From Eledone cirrhosa (taxonomy: Eukaryota): a stretch of 64,000 bases of DNA. The notes under the pieces are model-generated. The model was given only the letters and a program-made list of their open reading frames with translations, was not told the origin of the DNA and searched no databases. A program made the position numbers and the translations under genes. Position 1 is the first letter of the stretch. Each line of letters opens with the position of its first letter. Positions 11,627 through 25,349 of this stretch are shown here, piece by piece. Location of the stretch: positions 6,572,001 through 6,636,000 of the forward strand of contig OZ024750.1 of NCBI GenBank assembly GCA_964016885.1. The letters are read 5' to 3'.

Positions 11627-13439
11627 TTTTATCGTCTCCGTTGAACCGGTACTTACTCACACTCTATGCAAGTTGGTCTGCCCACTACTAATTTTCATAG
11701 AAAAAGCATATAGCGATATGTGCTTTTACGATTCTCTAGAGAGGCCGGAAGATAGGTAAATATTGCTGATGAGTTGTAACAACAACGAAACTAGTTCAAT
11801 ATTCCTTGTCTGGCTTTCTGGAGAATAGAGGAAAGGTGTTTCCTCAAAAACCAGTATGACTCTAAAAACCGGTTTGTCTGTGTGTTTACATACAGAATAG
11901 CTGGCCACTCACAGTAAAGTGATCAGTGAAAAAAAACTTGGTACATCTACATATGTATACGTTTGTGTATTCATATACATACTAGTATTTCAGTATACAT
12001 ATATGGATGTACATCTTTGACTTAATTGTTTGAGCGTCAGTCATACAAAAGTGAGTTACAAACGAAACGAAATTTAATTTCGTTTCGTTATTTGTTTTTA
12101 TCGTCTCCGTTGAACCGGTACTTACTCACACTCTATGCAAGTTGGTCTGCCCACTACTAATTTTCATAGAAAAAGCATATAGCGATATGTGCTTTTACGA
12201 TTCTCTAGAGAGGCCGGAAGATAGGTAAATATTGCTGATGAGTTGTAACAACAACGAAACTAGTTCAATATTCCTTGTCTGGCTTTCTGGAGAATAGAGG
12301 AAAGGTGTTTCCTCAAAAACCAGTATGACTCTAAAAACCGGTTTGTCTGTGTGTTTACATACAGAATAGCTGGCCACTCACAGTAAAGTGATCAGTGAAA
12401 AAAACTTGGTACATCTACATATGTATACGTTTGTGTATTCATATACATACTAGTATTTCAGTATACATATATGGATGTACATCTTTGACTTAATTGTTTG
12501 AGCGTCAGTCATACAAAAGTGAGTTACAAACGAAACGAAATTTAATTTCGTTTCGTTATTTGTTTTTATCGTCTCCGTTGAACCGGTACTTACTCACACT
12601 CTATGCAAGTTGGTCTGCCCACTACTAATTTTCATAGAAAAAGCATATAGCGATATGTGCTTTTACGATTCTCTAGAGAGGCCGGAAGATAGGTAAATAT
12701 TGCTGATGAGTTGTAACAACAACGAAACTAGTTCAATATTCCTTGTCTGGCTTTCTGGAGAATAGAGGAAAGGTGTTTCCTCAAAAACCAGTATGACTCT
12801 AAAAACCGGTTTGTCTGTGTGTTTACATACAGAATAGCTGGCCACTCACAGTAAAGTGATCAGTGAGAAAAAAAAACTTGGTACATCTACATATGTATAC
12901 GTTTGTGTATTCATATACATACTAGTATTTCAGTATACATATATGGATGTACATCTTTGACTTAATTGTTTGAGCGTCAGTCATACAAAAGTGAGTTACA
13001 AACGAAACGAAATTTAATTTCGTTTCGTTATTTGTTTTTATCGTCTCCGTTGAACCGGTACTTACTCACACTCTATGCAAGTTGGTCTGCCCACTACTAA
13101 TTTTCATAGAAAAAGCATATAGCGATATGTGCTTTTACGATTCTCTAGAGAGGCCGGAAGATAGGTAAATATTGCTGATGAGTTGTAACAACAACGAAAC
13201 TAGTTCAATATTCCTTGTCTGGCTTTCTGGAGAATAGAGGAAAGGTGTTTCCTCAAAAACCAGTATGACTCTAAAAACCGGTTTGTCTGTGTGTTTACAT
13301 ACAGAATAGCTGGCCACTCACAGTAAAGTGATCAGTGAAAAAAAACTTGGTACATCTACATATGTATACGTTTGTGTATTCATATACATACTAGTATTTC
13401 AGTATACATATATGGATGTACATCTTTGACTTAATTGTT
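11627..13439 (+). mobile_element. Retrozyme-like tandem array, right (inverted) arm (~3.9 units)
   Basis: Reverse complement of the left-arm unit. HHRs on + at 11759-11803, 12228-12272, 12696-12740, 13168-13212. Ends at ttaattgtt followed by ataaaatatat. Confidence 0.9.
11759..11803 (+). ncRNA. Canonical minimal type-I hammerhead ribozyme (first right-arm copy)
   Basis: aatattg ctgatga gttgt aaca acaac gaaa ctag tt caatatt, read directly on +. Confidence 0.92.
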
Positions 13440-13818
13440 ATAAAATATATATTTTCACCAAAACTAAAATATCGTATATAACAGTTGTTATTCATCCATA
13501 CTAAAACTGCATTAACAGCCGCCCCCTTCCTTGCTTTTGTGTGTTTTATATACATGATACTGAAGACATGAAAATATCATGCATCTGAATAGGTGACTAT
13601 ATCACCTTAATAAGTGGATGTGTGATACATTTTCTACCCGTTTTTGTTTTCTATTTTTTTTTCTTACCAATAAATATCGATGTTTAATGATATATCGATA
13701 TATATACGAATATTTTTACTTATTTATTGTCACGTTGCCTCCCTTTGATCGTTGAGCTAATCGATAGTGGGGATTCAGGGTAACGATTCAAGAAATTTCT
13801 AATATACATAATCATATG

Positions 13819-13852
<34 letters not shown>

Positions 13853-13936
13853 TTCATACTTACATATATATATATATATACATACTTACATATATATATA
13901 TATATACATACTTACATATATATATATATATATACA

Positions 13937-13986
<50 letters not shown>

Positions 13987-14029
13987 TGTAAGTATGTATG
14001 TATGTGTGTATATATATGTATGTGTGTAT

Positions 14030-14097
14030 AAAGAGAGACGGTTTTAAATGTACATCCTATGTTTAACAGAGGATGTATATTTAAAACTGTCTCTCTT
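14030..14097. repeat. ~68-bp hairpin in TA context
   Basis: aagagagacggttttaaatgtacatcct / aggatgtatatttaaaactgtctctctt arms, with G-T type mismatches. Confidence 0.7.
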
Positions 14098-14269
14098 CTT
14101 TATAATATATATGTGTGTGGGGTGGGGGGTGTAGGATCCACTTGGTAGTGGAGTTTAGAAGCTAAATACAGAATTCGTTACTTAGTAAACTATAACAATT
14201 TATAACATAATAATTTATTCATATACTTGCTTAGTTTGCAAGTCTAAATATGGGTTATATTGAATAATA

Positions 14270-14440
14270 AAAATTGTTTCTACTTTTGACTCAAACCCAG
14301 CAATTATCGCAGTGTATTACTGGTACTTTATTTTATCGACCCCGTAAGGGTGAAAGGCAAAGTCAACCTCGGCGAGATTTGCACTCAGATCGTAAAGGGA
14401 CGTAATTCTATGATGCAAAGCATAGTATCCGACCCTCTAC
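14270..14440 (-). mobile_element. SINE S1 copy
   Basis: Reverse complement of the S1 core (ctggtactttattttatcgaccccgtaagggtgaaaggcaaagtcaacctcggc). Confidence 0.8.
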
Positions 14441-14990
14441 CGTAATATACGATTCGTTTGCGAGCAAACGGCCTCACTATGCTTTGGTTTTGATGATTAT
14501 CGTCATCCGTTTGTTCAACAGTAGCATCGAGGAACAGTCAACATGTATCAGGGTCATTACTTTTTATCGGGACTGAAAGAAGTCTCCAGACTAATGCAGG
14601 AAACAGGACCAAGAAAATAGTTGTAGCTGAATAGAGTAATAATCCGTTCTAGCTTTAATGGATGGATGTGAAGAAAGATTCGCTAGGGATAGGAAATCAG
14701 CATTTATTTAGAAACAGAAAAGTAAAGGTTTGGGAGGAAAGAATAAAGCAATAGGCGAAACTAATGTTTGATTGATAGAAACCTAAAATGACAAAGAAAC
14801 TCCAAGAAAAAGTGTGTGTGAGTGAGTGTGTGTGGGGGAGAAAGAGAAAGAGAGAGAGAGAGAAAGGCAGTAAGATAAAGCCTATTAAGATAGCAAAATT
14901 AATGTTTATAACTTCATTAATTTACTAATCCTGAAGATTAAACATCCCATGACATTTTCTATTTTTCTTCTCCCTATCTCTCTATTTCTC

Positions 14991-15066
<76 letters not shown>

Positions 15067-15761
15067 TATCTCCGGTTGGTCTTATCTTAAGCTACTTGTA
15101 TTGCCAGAACTTAAAATGGCGACACAGCCGTATGGGTGACGGTGGGAAAAAAAGAAAACCTTTCGGTCACCAATCAGTTAGCCAATGAAATCCTTAGATA
15201 GAGAAATGTAAATAAGTTGTTAGGATTTGAACTGACGTTATTTCCTAAATCAAGTAAAATACTTGATATGTTTGCTGCCGACAGGGAAGGTGGGACGAAG
15301 ATAACTGTTATTTAAAATGGCTGCCGTGGCGAGGAAGGGTAAATCTTAGTTGTCGATGAAAATAGGAGTAGAAGTGGAAATAAGTGGCCATTTGAATAGC
15401 TAAGGTGGGTGTGTATATAGCTGTTAGTGAGTTAGTTATTGTAGGAATGAATGTCAAGTGTAAACAGATAGCTTCCAGTACAATGTTTTACAAAGTCTTA
15501 TCGATAGTACTGGCTAAGTATCACACTATCGTACCATCTACGGTACTAACTACTGATGAGAGAGACTCGGGTTTAAAACAAACAAAAAATAGAAGACATC
15601 GTTTAAGAATTTGTTTTTAATTTTTAAAATTAAATTAATAAGATGTACTTCGTATTAAGATCTGTAAAGATTTAGTGAATACAGTTGATTTCGTTTTCGT
15701 TAATAAAAACCAAAATATACACAAGAGCTAGCTAAAGTAAGGTACAGAAAGGGTTAAGTAA

Positions 15762-16012
15762 TCATATTGGTGCCCTCCCCACAGCCCCGGCGGACAGAAT
15801 GGAGAAGGCGTTTCCCCGGAGGATGGTAAGGAAGATGCACTGGGAGAGCCATTCCAACTCGTGAGGCTCACACCTGCGGCTGGCCAGCTCAGCGTCTATG
15901 GTAGTGAGTAGGGAGGTAGCCCTAGGGCCGGGGACACCAGAAGTCTCCACTGTCAAGGGTACGACCGCAAACCTGTCGGAGAGCGACCGGTATTTGGAGA
16001 TGTTGGCATCCT
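15762..16012 (-). mobile_element. CRE-clade non-LTR retrotransposon 3' remnant (restriction-like endonuclease C-terminus)
   Basis: KYRSLSDRFAVVPLTVETSGVPGPRATSLL...EWLSQCIFLTILRGNAFSILSAG fits the CRE pattern F.P...ET.G..G...Q..S..I.RGNA..I. Confidence 0.75.
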
Positions 16013-17344
16013 CGAAGAGAAAGAGAGAGAAAGAGAGGAATGTCGGAAAAGGAAAAACAGACGATAAAAAAATAGAGAGGATTACTGGATAGTGTGGAAG
16101 AAAGATGGCGACCCCTATGATGTGCGGCCTTATTGTCACACTTGGTGGTGAATTGGTGATCGTTTTGTTTAATCTTATATATTTGTTAAGTATAGTGCTT
16201 TCCAGATTGACGAGATGTAGTTTGAGCTGAGGTTGTTGAAGTTGTTGAACTTAAATTTCCGTTTTTCGTACAAAACGTGGATAGGGTGCTGACAGTTAGA
16301 GAGAACGACAGTTCCGAGGAGACCACTTAAAAAGAAATCTCGTTTCGATGAGGGGCCAAAAATTTTTCCTATCCACTTGGTTATTTAAACTACTCCAACT
16401 GACTGTAAAAGATACTACTCCTAGACACATTGGCGCCAGAAAGAGAATACATAAATTCTGAAGAGAATTGAACTAAAAATGTACGTTACTTGACCAAACC
16501 ATACTATGACAAGATTTCCTTGTTAGTTTTCCCCTTCATATGAAATCTTTCTTTGCACATTTCATTGACTCAAACGAAAGTTTGGAAGCCATAATAAAAT
16601 CCGGTTTAACATGTTATTTCCTAGCATGAGACAGATTGTGACGGGAAAATAGTTATTGCTGGAAAAACCGATATCACTTCTAAAATGTTTAGTTTTGGGG
16701 AAAATATATACCTTTATTGGATAAATGGATTAATGGAGTAAGTTCCACCAATAAAAGACATGCAGTGTGGTGAAATATATGACAGCATTGAATGATGGGA
16801 AAGAAGTTGTGAAATACCCATCGTTACTGAGAGAGACTTGGATTGGCATCTCTGTATAAGTTTACTACCATGTTAAATGTAGCTGTCGCCTGACAGAATA
16901 ATGCATTCTTTTTTCTTTTGGAATTTATTATTTCACATTCAACAGTTACGTATGAAAGTCATGATGTCTTGTCAGAAAATGAAAGTTTCGAGGAACACTG
17001 GTGTTAAGCTATATAGTTTAGGACACGAGTTTGCATTAATTTGGTCCTATCTTTTATATTGAGTTGTTGTAAAGAATAACCTATCCATTCATCCTACATG
17101 TGGCACATTACTCACTGACGAGAAACATGGACCGAAATAGAATAATACAATAACAAAAAAAGCAACCATATTAAATGATTATACGTATAGATATACAAGT
17201 GTGTACACGTACGTTTGTGAGTATAAGTGTTTATGTACGTGTATGTTTGTATATGTGTAGTGTTTATGTGTTTTTTTGCTATGCCCTCTCTGTGCATATG
17301 TCAGTCTATCTGTGTCTGTAGGTGGGTCTATGGACTTATGTACA

Positions 17345-18068
17345 TATACATCTAACTATACATCTAGCTATACATCTGGCTATACATCTGGCTATACATT
17401 TGGCGATACATCTAGCTATACATCTGGCTATACATCTGGCTATATATCTAGCTATATATCTAGCTATATATCTAGCTATACATCTAGCTATACATCTGGC
17501 TTTATATCTAGCTATACATCTAGCTATACATCTGGCTATACATCTAACTATACATCTGGCTATACATCTGGCTATACATCTAGCTATATATCTAGCTATA
17601 CATCTAGCTATACATCTAGCTATACATCTAGCAATACATCTAGCTATACATCTAGCTATACATCTGGCTATACATCTAGCTATACATCTAGCTATACATC
17701 TAGCTATACATCTGGCTATACATCTAGCTATACATCTAGCAATACATCTAGCTATACATCTAGCTATACATCTAGCTATACATCTAGCTATACATCTGGC
17801 TATACATCTAGCTATACATCTAGCTATACATCTAGCTATACATCTGGCTATACATCTAGCTATACATCTAGCTATACATCTAGCTATACATCTAGCTATA
17901 CATCTAGCTATACATCTAGCTATACATCTAGCTATACATCTAGCTATACATCTAGCTATACATCTGGCTATACATCTGGCTATACATCTGGCTATACATC
18001 TGGCTATACATCTAGCTATACATCTAGCAATACATCTAGCTATACATCTGGCTATACATCTAGCTATA
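17345..18068. repeat. 12-bp minisatellite (ACATCTRGCTAT)n, ~60 copies
   Basis: Direct tandem reading; produces the spurious SSYT/HLAI ORFs. Confidence 0.95.
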
Positions 18069-18124
18069 TGCACATTTGTGTGTGCATAAAAACTTATGTG
18101 CAATGCAAGGAATTCTTTTTATTT

Positions 18125-18159
<35 letters not shown>

Positions 18160-18212
18160 ATATGTCTAAGTATATTTATTTATGTATATATATATGTCTA
18201 AGTATATTTATT

Positions 18213-18264
<52 letters not shown>

Positions 18265-18326
18265 TAAGAATATTTATTTATGTATGTATATATATATATA
18301 TATATGTCTAAGTATATTTATTTATG

Positions 18327-18366
<40 letters not shown>

Positions 18367-18407
18367 CGTGTGTGTGCGTGTCTAAGTATATTTATTTATG
18401 TATATAT

Positions 18408-18471
<64 letters not shown>

Positions 18472-18621
18472 CTAAGTATATTTATGTATGTATGTATATA
18501 TATACATACATACATATATGTATGTGTATATACATATATATATATATGTATGTGTATATACATACATATATATATATATGTGTATGTGTATATATATATA
18601 TATTTATATGTGTGTGTATAT

Positions 18622-18657
<36 letters not shown>

Positions 18658-19048
18658 TTTCTTACTTTTTTTTACTTAGTAAAAGAAATAGACTTCCTAA
18701 AGCAAATAAAAGAAACGACCAAAAGGAATTTCTCTGGAAAGTATCTTGTTGCTTATGTGTTGAAATATGTGTCGTCCTAAGAGAAAGTAATAGAGCGGTT
18801 GTTGCATGTGTTAGGAGAGCTCCCAGCCCCAGACCCTTTTTTTGTTTCAACACTTGTGTTTTCTTTGCTTTTACCACCCACACCGCCCCCTATCTTCCCA
18901 AACCCAGCTTTACCATCAATCTAACAGGCCACCTAACTTCTTCTAACTGGCTTAGAAACAAAACATAGCGCCATATTGATAAACGATGATTGTTGGAATA
19001 GCGGTGATGATGATGATGATGATGATGGTTATAGTGGTGGTGGTGGTG

Positions 19049-19100
<52 letters not shown>

Positions 19101-19167
19101 CAGCAATGATGGTGATGGTCGTGAAAGTAACAGCGATGATGATGATGGCTATGGTGGCTATGGTTTT

Positions 19168-19434
19168 AGTGGTATATATACCACTATATATATATATAGT
19201 GGTATATATACCACTATATATATATAGTGGTATATATATATAGTGGTATATATATATAGTGGTATATATATATAGTGGTATATATATATAGTGGTATATA
19301 TATATAGTGGTATATATATATAGTGGTATATATATATATATATATATAGTGGTATATATATATATATATATATATATAGTGGTATATATAGTGGTATATA
19401 TATATATAGTGATATATATAGTGGTATATATAGT

Positions 19435-19482
<48 letters not shown>

Positions 19483-19575
19483 TATGTATATATAGAGAGG
19501 TATATATGTATATATATATATAGTGATAGAGGTATATATATATAGAGAGGGGTATATATATATATATAGTGATAG

Positions 19576-19614
<39 letters not shown>

Positions 19615-19631
19615 TATGTATATATATATAG

Positions 19632-19718
<87 letters not shown>

Positions 19719-19731
19719 TATATATATAGTG

Positions 19732-19801
<70 letters not shown>

Positions 19802-19832
19802 GTATATATATATATATATATATATATAGTGG

Positions 19833-19866
<34 letters not shown>

Positions 19867-19886
19867 TATATATATATATATATATA

Positions 19887-19959
<73 letters not shown>

Positions 19960-19998
19960 GTATATATATATATATAGTGATATATATATAGTGGTATA

Positions 19999-20048
<50 letters not shown>

Positions 20049-20055
20049 TATAGTG

Positions 20056-20088
<33 letters not shown>

Positions 20089-20092
20089 TATA

Positions 20093-20171
<79 letters not shown>

Positions 20172-20194
20172 GTATATATATATATATATAGTGG

Positions 20195-20222
<28 letters not shown>
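19168..20222. repeat. (TA)n tract periodically interrupted by GTG/GTGG/GAGG
   Basis: Direct reading; starts with tagtggtatatataccacta mini-palindromes. Confidence 0.9.
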
Positions 20223-20230
<8 letters not shown>

Positions 20231-21714
20231 GTATATACCCACAACACTGTTCTTTCTATATTTTCTGTTTCGGATTCTATTTTCTGCTGACGTTTCATAA
20301 TTTTTTTTCTGTTTTTGTTGTTGTTATTAACGTTGTTGTTGTTGTTGTTGTTGTTGTTAGTATTATTGCTGTTATAGATATTATTGTTGTTGTTGTTGTT
20401 GTTTGTTTTATTCAGAAATGCATTCTGATGTCATTTATTCCATCTCGCAACAACTTTGAATCTGTTGTTGTCTTTGTTGTATTTTGTGTTTTCTTTTTTC
20501 CACCGTTGACTTGTTTCTTTCTATTCCTCACGGAAACAAATCCCCCCACCCCCACCCACCCCCAACCGCCTCCCCCCACCCCCACCCCTCACTCCTGAAC
20601 CATCGATTCCCCGTCTCCCCTGAATGGATTGAACATCAAAGTCACCTTAATTCAATTATCACTCTAACTTCTGCACCAACGCACCCCCACCACTTCCACC
20701 GCCTCCTCCTTCGCCGCCACCTCCACCACCCCACCACCTCATCCAACTCCTTCCACTGTCACCTCCTCCTCCTTCTCCTCCTCCGCCGCCAACACCACCT
20801 CCTCCGCCGCCACCTCCACCATCACCACCACCACCTCCATCACCACCACCTCCTTCTCCATCACCACCACCTCCTCCGCCACCACCCCCTTCTCCGCCAC
20901 CACCTCCACCATCACCACCACCTCCTTCTCTGCCACCATCACCGCCACCCCCTTCTCCACCACCACCTTCTTCTCCGCCGCCACCAACACCCCGCCACCT
21001 CCCGCTCACCAAGTTTTATTTGATCTTTCTTATTCTCTAAAGTGTTTGGAGATTTCTTTGACTTTTATTGGCCAAACACACACGTATACATACACACACA
21101 GACATATACACACACAGACATATACACACACATACGGGAGAGTGCTAGCTAGCTAGTGTGAGTGTGAACTAAACGGATGGACAAACGGACAGGCGGCATA
21201 GAGACATATATACACGGACAGATACAACCATATATAGGCAGACAACCATACATAAACATACATACATACATAGACACTTGCATGCATACATATATACAGA
21301 CAGGCAGACAGACAGAAGTGTCATTGCTTTTCCGGTGCTGGGAGACGGGATTTGAGCGCAGAATCCACAGAGCCGGGACTTTTACCAACGATTTTAAGAA
21401 TTCCGTTAATCCACCACGGATTGACATTTTATTTACCAAAACAAGGCAAAGGTAACTTCTACGAGATTTGAACTCAGATCACAGATAGTCAAACGAAATA
21501 TATACCACAAAAACATTCTTTTACGGCGCCCTAACGACTGTGACAATACCAAATAGCCGCCAAGTCAACAAAAAGTCTCGACAAAGGTTATCTGAAAAGA
21601 CAGCTTTGATCACCGGTGAGACAGCTTTGATCACAGGTCTACTTAATATGGACTGACCTGAAGTTTAAACAACAGGATACCTATTCTACTAACTGAATCA
21701 CATTAAATTAGTTA

Positions 21715-21905
21715 GGGCGGTGGATTGGCAGTATCGGCAGAGGGTCGGACGCCATGCTTTGCAGCATGGAGTTACGCCCCTTTACGTTCTGAGTTCAAAT
21801 CCTGCCGAGGTTAACTTTGTATTTCATCCTTACGGGGTCGATAAAATAAAGTACCAGTAACACACTGGAATAATTGCTGGCCTTGTGCCAAATGTAAAAA
21901 CAATT
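21715..21905 (+). mobile_element. SINE S1, near full length
   Basis: ggcggtggattggcagtatcgg...gagttcaaatcc...ggccttgtgccaaatgtaaaaacaatt. Confidence 0.85.
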
Positions 21906-21917
21906 AAATTAGTTAGG

Positions 21918-22255
21918 CTCGAGGCTTAGCTGTTAGAGTGTTTGAGTTACTGTCCTAACGTCGTGAGTTCGATTCTCGGACTGGGCAGCGTGCTGTGTCC
22001 TTGGACAAGATGCTTTATTTCACATTGCTCCAGTTTCAATCCGCTGGCGATAGTGAGTTAATGGAGCAGTAATTCAAGGGTCAGCCTTGTCACGCATGCG
22101 TGCCACGCTAAATCTCAATATAGAGAACTACACGAAGGGTACACGTGTCTGTGGAATGCACATTAAATACATTACACGTTAAAAATTCAGGAGCAGGTAG
22201 TTCTGTTGAATAAACCGGAGCTCACGCATTGTCGGAAACGGCGGAGATCCAAGTT
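21918..22255 (+). mobile_element. SINE family S2 (tRNA-like head, GAGTTCGATTC B-box, tgtgtccttg-caaga domain)
   Basis: Related copies at ~22565-22830 (+) and ~23890-24140 (-). Confidence 0.7.
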
Positions 22256-24223
22256 AGATGTAAGTAGTTAATGCTATTCGGTTGACTACATACACTATCT
22301 CATTACTATTGCTGTTGTTGTTGTTGCTGTTGTTGCTGTTGCTGTTGTTGCTGCTGTTGTTGCTGTTGCTGCTGTTGTTGCTGCTGCTTCTAACGACTCC
22401 AGAGTGTCTAGAGACTAGAAAAAAGCAAAGAAAGACCATCAAAGCTATTTTTATATTTTAGCACCCTTGTCGCAACCAATTATTGTCATTGAGAGATGTC
22501 AATGAGGAAGAGAGATAGGTTTGATGTTAATACTGCTGTTGTTGCTGTTGTTGCTGTTGTTGTTTGTGGTTAGTACGTTCAGCACACAATCGTACAGTCG
22601 TGAGTTCGATTTCCGGCGGAGCCTTGTGTCCTTGAGCAAGACACTCTGTATGTTATTTCACTCTACTTCAATTCACTCAGCTGAATTTCCTCCCGAGAAC
22701 AACTTTAAGTGTACATGTTTCTGTTTCTGTGGAATGCTCAGACACTTGCTCGTTAATTTCACGAGCAGGCTGTTTCTTTGATTGAACAACTGAAACACTC
22801 ATCGTTAAAACTGACGAAGGTCCATTCCTGGTATGTGTGTGGGGGGGGGGGGGGGGGGGGGCTGCGGTTTTGATGTTGTCGTCGTCTGGAGTTTACAGTG
22901 TGAGGGTGTGGTGGGGAGGGAGTATGCGATGTTGTTGATGTCAGGAATAGGAGATGATGGCTATCATGGCGGCGGTGGTGGTGGTGGTGGTATTGATGGT
23001 GGAGGTGGTGATGGTTGTGTGGTGGTGGTGGTGGTGGTGGTAGTGACGATGGTTGTGATGGTGGTGGTGGTGGTTGTGGCGTTGGTTGTGCTGGTGATTG
23101 TGGTGGTGGTGGTGGTGGTGGAGATGGTTGTAGTGGTGGTGGTGGTGGTGGTATTGTCTCCACTGACGATACCACCGTGTCTGCATCTTTCGCCACCATT
23201 GTCACTTGTCATCGTGATGGTCACATGTCTGTCACTGTGTCATTGTATTTATTAATGAGAATTGTCAACACCACCACCACCACCACCACTAATACAACCA
23301 CCAGCATCACTGACACCATGACCACCACCACCACTAACACAACCACCAGCATCACTGACACCATGACCACCACCACCACCACTAACACCACTAACACAAC
23401 CAACAACAACACCAACAACACCGCTAATGCCACCAGCATCAACAACACCATCACTATAGTTAATAAGACCACAACTATAGCTAACAACACCGCTAACACA
23501 ACCAACACCAATACCAACAACAACACCAACTCCAACAACACCACTAACACAACCATCACTAACACCAACAGCACCATGGATAATAAGACCACAACAACTA
23601 CATCCAACATCACTATTAATACGACCACAACCTGAACAACCGACAACCAACAAAACCACCACCAACACCATCACTAATTCGACCACAATCACCAACGCCA
23701 TTCTTTGGTGGTTCTGAGACCCGTTCTTTGAACCCTCCTGTTTCATCCTATTTCTTGTTATATTCTTTCCCCTCATCACAAACTTCCCTCCCTCCTCTCC
23801 CCACACCCAACTCCACTTCCAGACAATATGGCCATTCTACTGCAGTGTTCGTCCTCCATCTTTTCGTTTTACCACCATCACCATCAACGTATGTGTGTTG
23901 ACCCTCTGTTGACCAATGTTCTAGTTCTTTGAACAACCGAACAACCTGCTCGTAAAAAGTTAACGTGTAAAATTACTGAGCATTCCACTGACGCATGTAG
24001 TTTTAGCATAGTTCTCAGGAAGATCCAGTTAGAGACATTGTATGAGATATGGCTGACCCTTTGAATTACTGGTGTAACCCTTTGGGGGGGGGGGAAGCTG
24101 AATGGACTGGAGCAACAAAGTGAAATAAAATGTCTTCCTTTTACTCAAGGGTAGATAGAAAGCGGCCCTCAAGGTGAGACCCGAACTCACCACTAAACTA
24201 GCCTCCTTCTCACTACACACTAA

Positions 24224-24413
24224 GGCGGTAGATTGGCAGTATCGGTAGAGGCTCGGACGCCATGCTTTGACGCATAGAGTTACGGCCCTTGCCATTCTGA
24301 ATTCAAATCCCGCCGAGGTTTACTTTGCCTTTCATCCTTACGGGGTCGATAAAATAAAGTACCAGTAATGCACTGGGTTATTGCCGGCCTTGTGCCAAAA
24401 GTAGAAACAATTA
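24224..24413 (+). mobile_element. SINE S1, near full length
   Basis: High similarity to 21715-21905. Confidence 0.85.
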
Positions 24414-24488
24414 TACACTAATACCAAATACACCACCAATGATACAATAAAAATAACAACAAAAATAGTTATAATATAACTCTTACTG

Positions 24489-24526
<38 letters not shown>

Positions 24527-24624
24527 GCTGCTACTACTACTACTGCTGCTACTACTACTGCTACTGCTGCTCTTTCTATTGTTGCCGCCGCCGCCATCAA
24601 ACACAGATGCACGCAGATATGTAT

Positions 24625-24666
<42 letters not shown>

Positions 24667-24705
24667 ATGTACACACACGCACACACATCTATATATATGT
24701 GTGTG

Positions 24706-24751
<46 letters not shown>

Positions 24752-25255
24752 ACACACTAAACTGTATGTATATATATATGGGTGTGTGTGTGTGCGTGAA
24801 TATATATATAGAGAGAGATAGATAGATATGTGTGTGCGTGTGTGTGTGTGTATAAATATATATGTGTATATATTTGTATATATACACACAAACATATATA
24901 TATATATCTACATATATACACACATGGACATTATATGGTGATGATAGTGGTGCCTAGTGGCATTAATCCATTTAGACGGTGCGAGAATTAATGTGTGTCA
25001 TTAATCCTCTGTTGTTTAGAGCAGCAGGAGGGTGGGGGAGAGGAGGTGGCTGGTGTGAAGGGGAGGGAGGTGACTGGTGGGGGGGGTGGCTGTTGAGAAG
25101 GAGAATGGCTGCCTCTTTAATTATAGCAATGCCAATTGCTCGGCCAGAGCCAGCTTCACTGTTTAGCGAGGGGAACGCAAGCAGAAGGTGCCATGCGCAC
25201 ACAGACACACATGCAGATACAAACACATACAAACGTACACAGACACCTAGACACA

Positions 25256-25289
<34 letters not shown>

Positions 25290-25297
25290 GACTCTCA

Positions 25298-25349
<52 letters not shown>

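Noticed and set aside
9503-13439. CRISPR array or 5S/snRNA gene cluster interpretation
   Set aside because: No unique spacers and no recognisable 5S, U snRNA or tRNA sequence; the HHR explains the conserved structure.
17114-17145. CTGACGA...GAAA spacing
   Set aside because: No stem II, III or I complementarity.
17276-18169. 297-aa Ser/Tyr/Thr-rich ORF
   Set aside because: Translation of a 12-bp minisatellite that is open in several frames.
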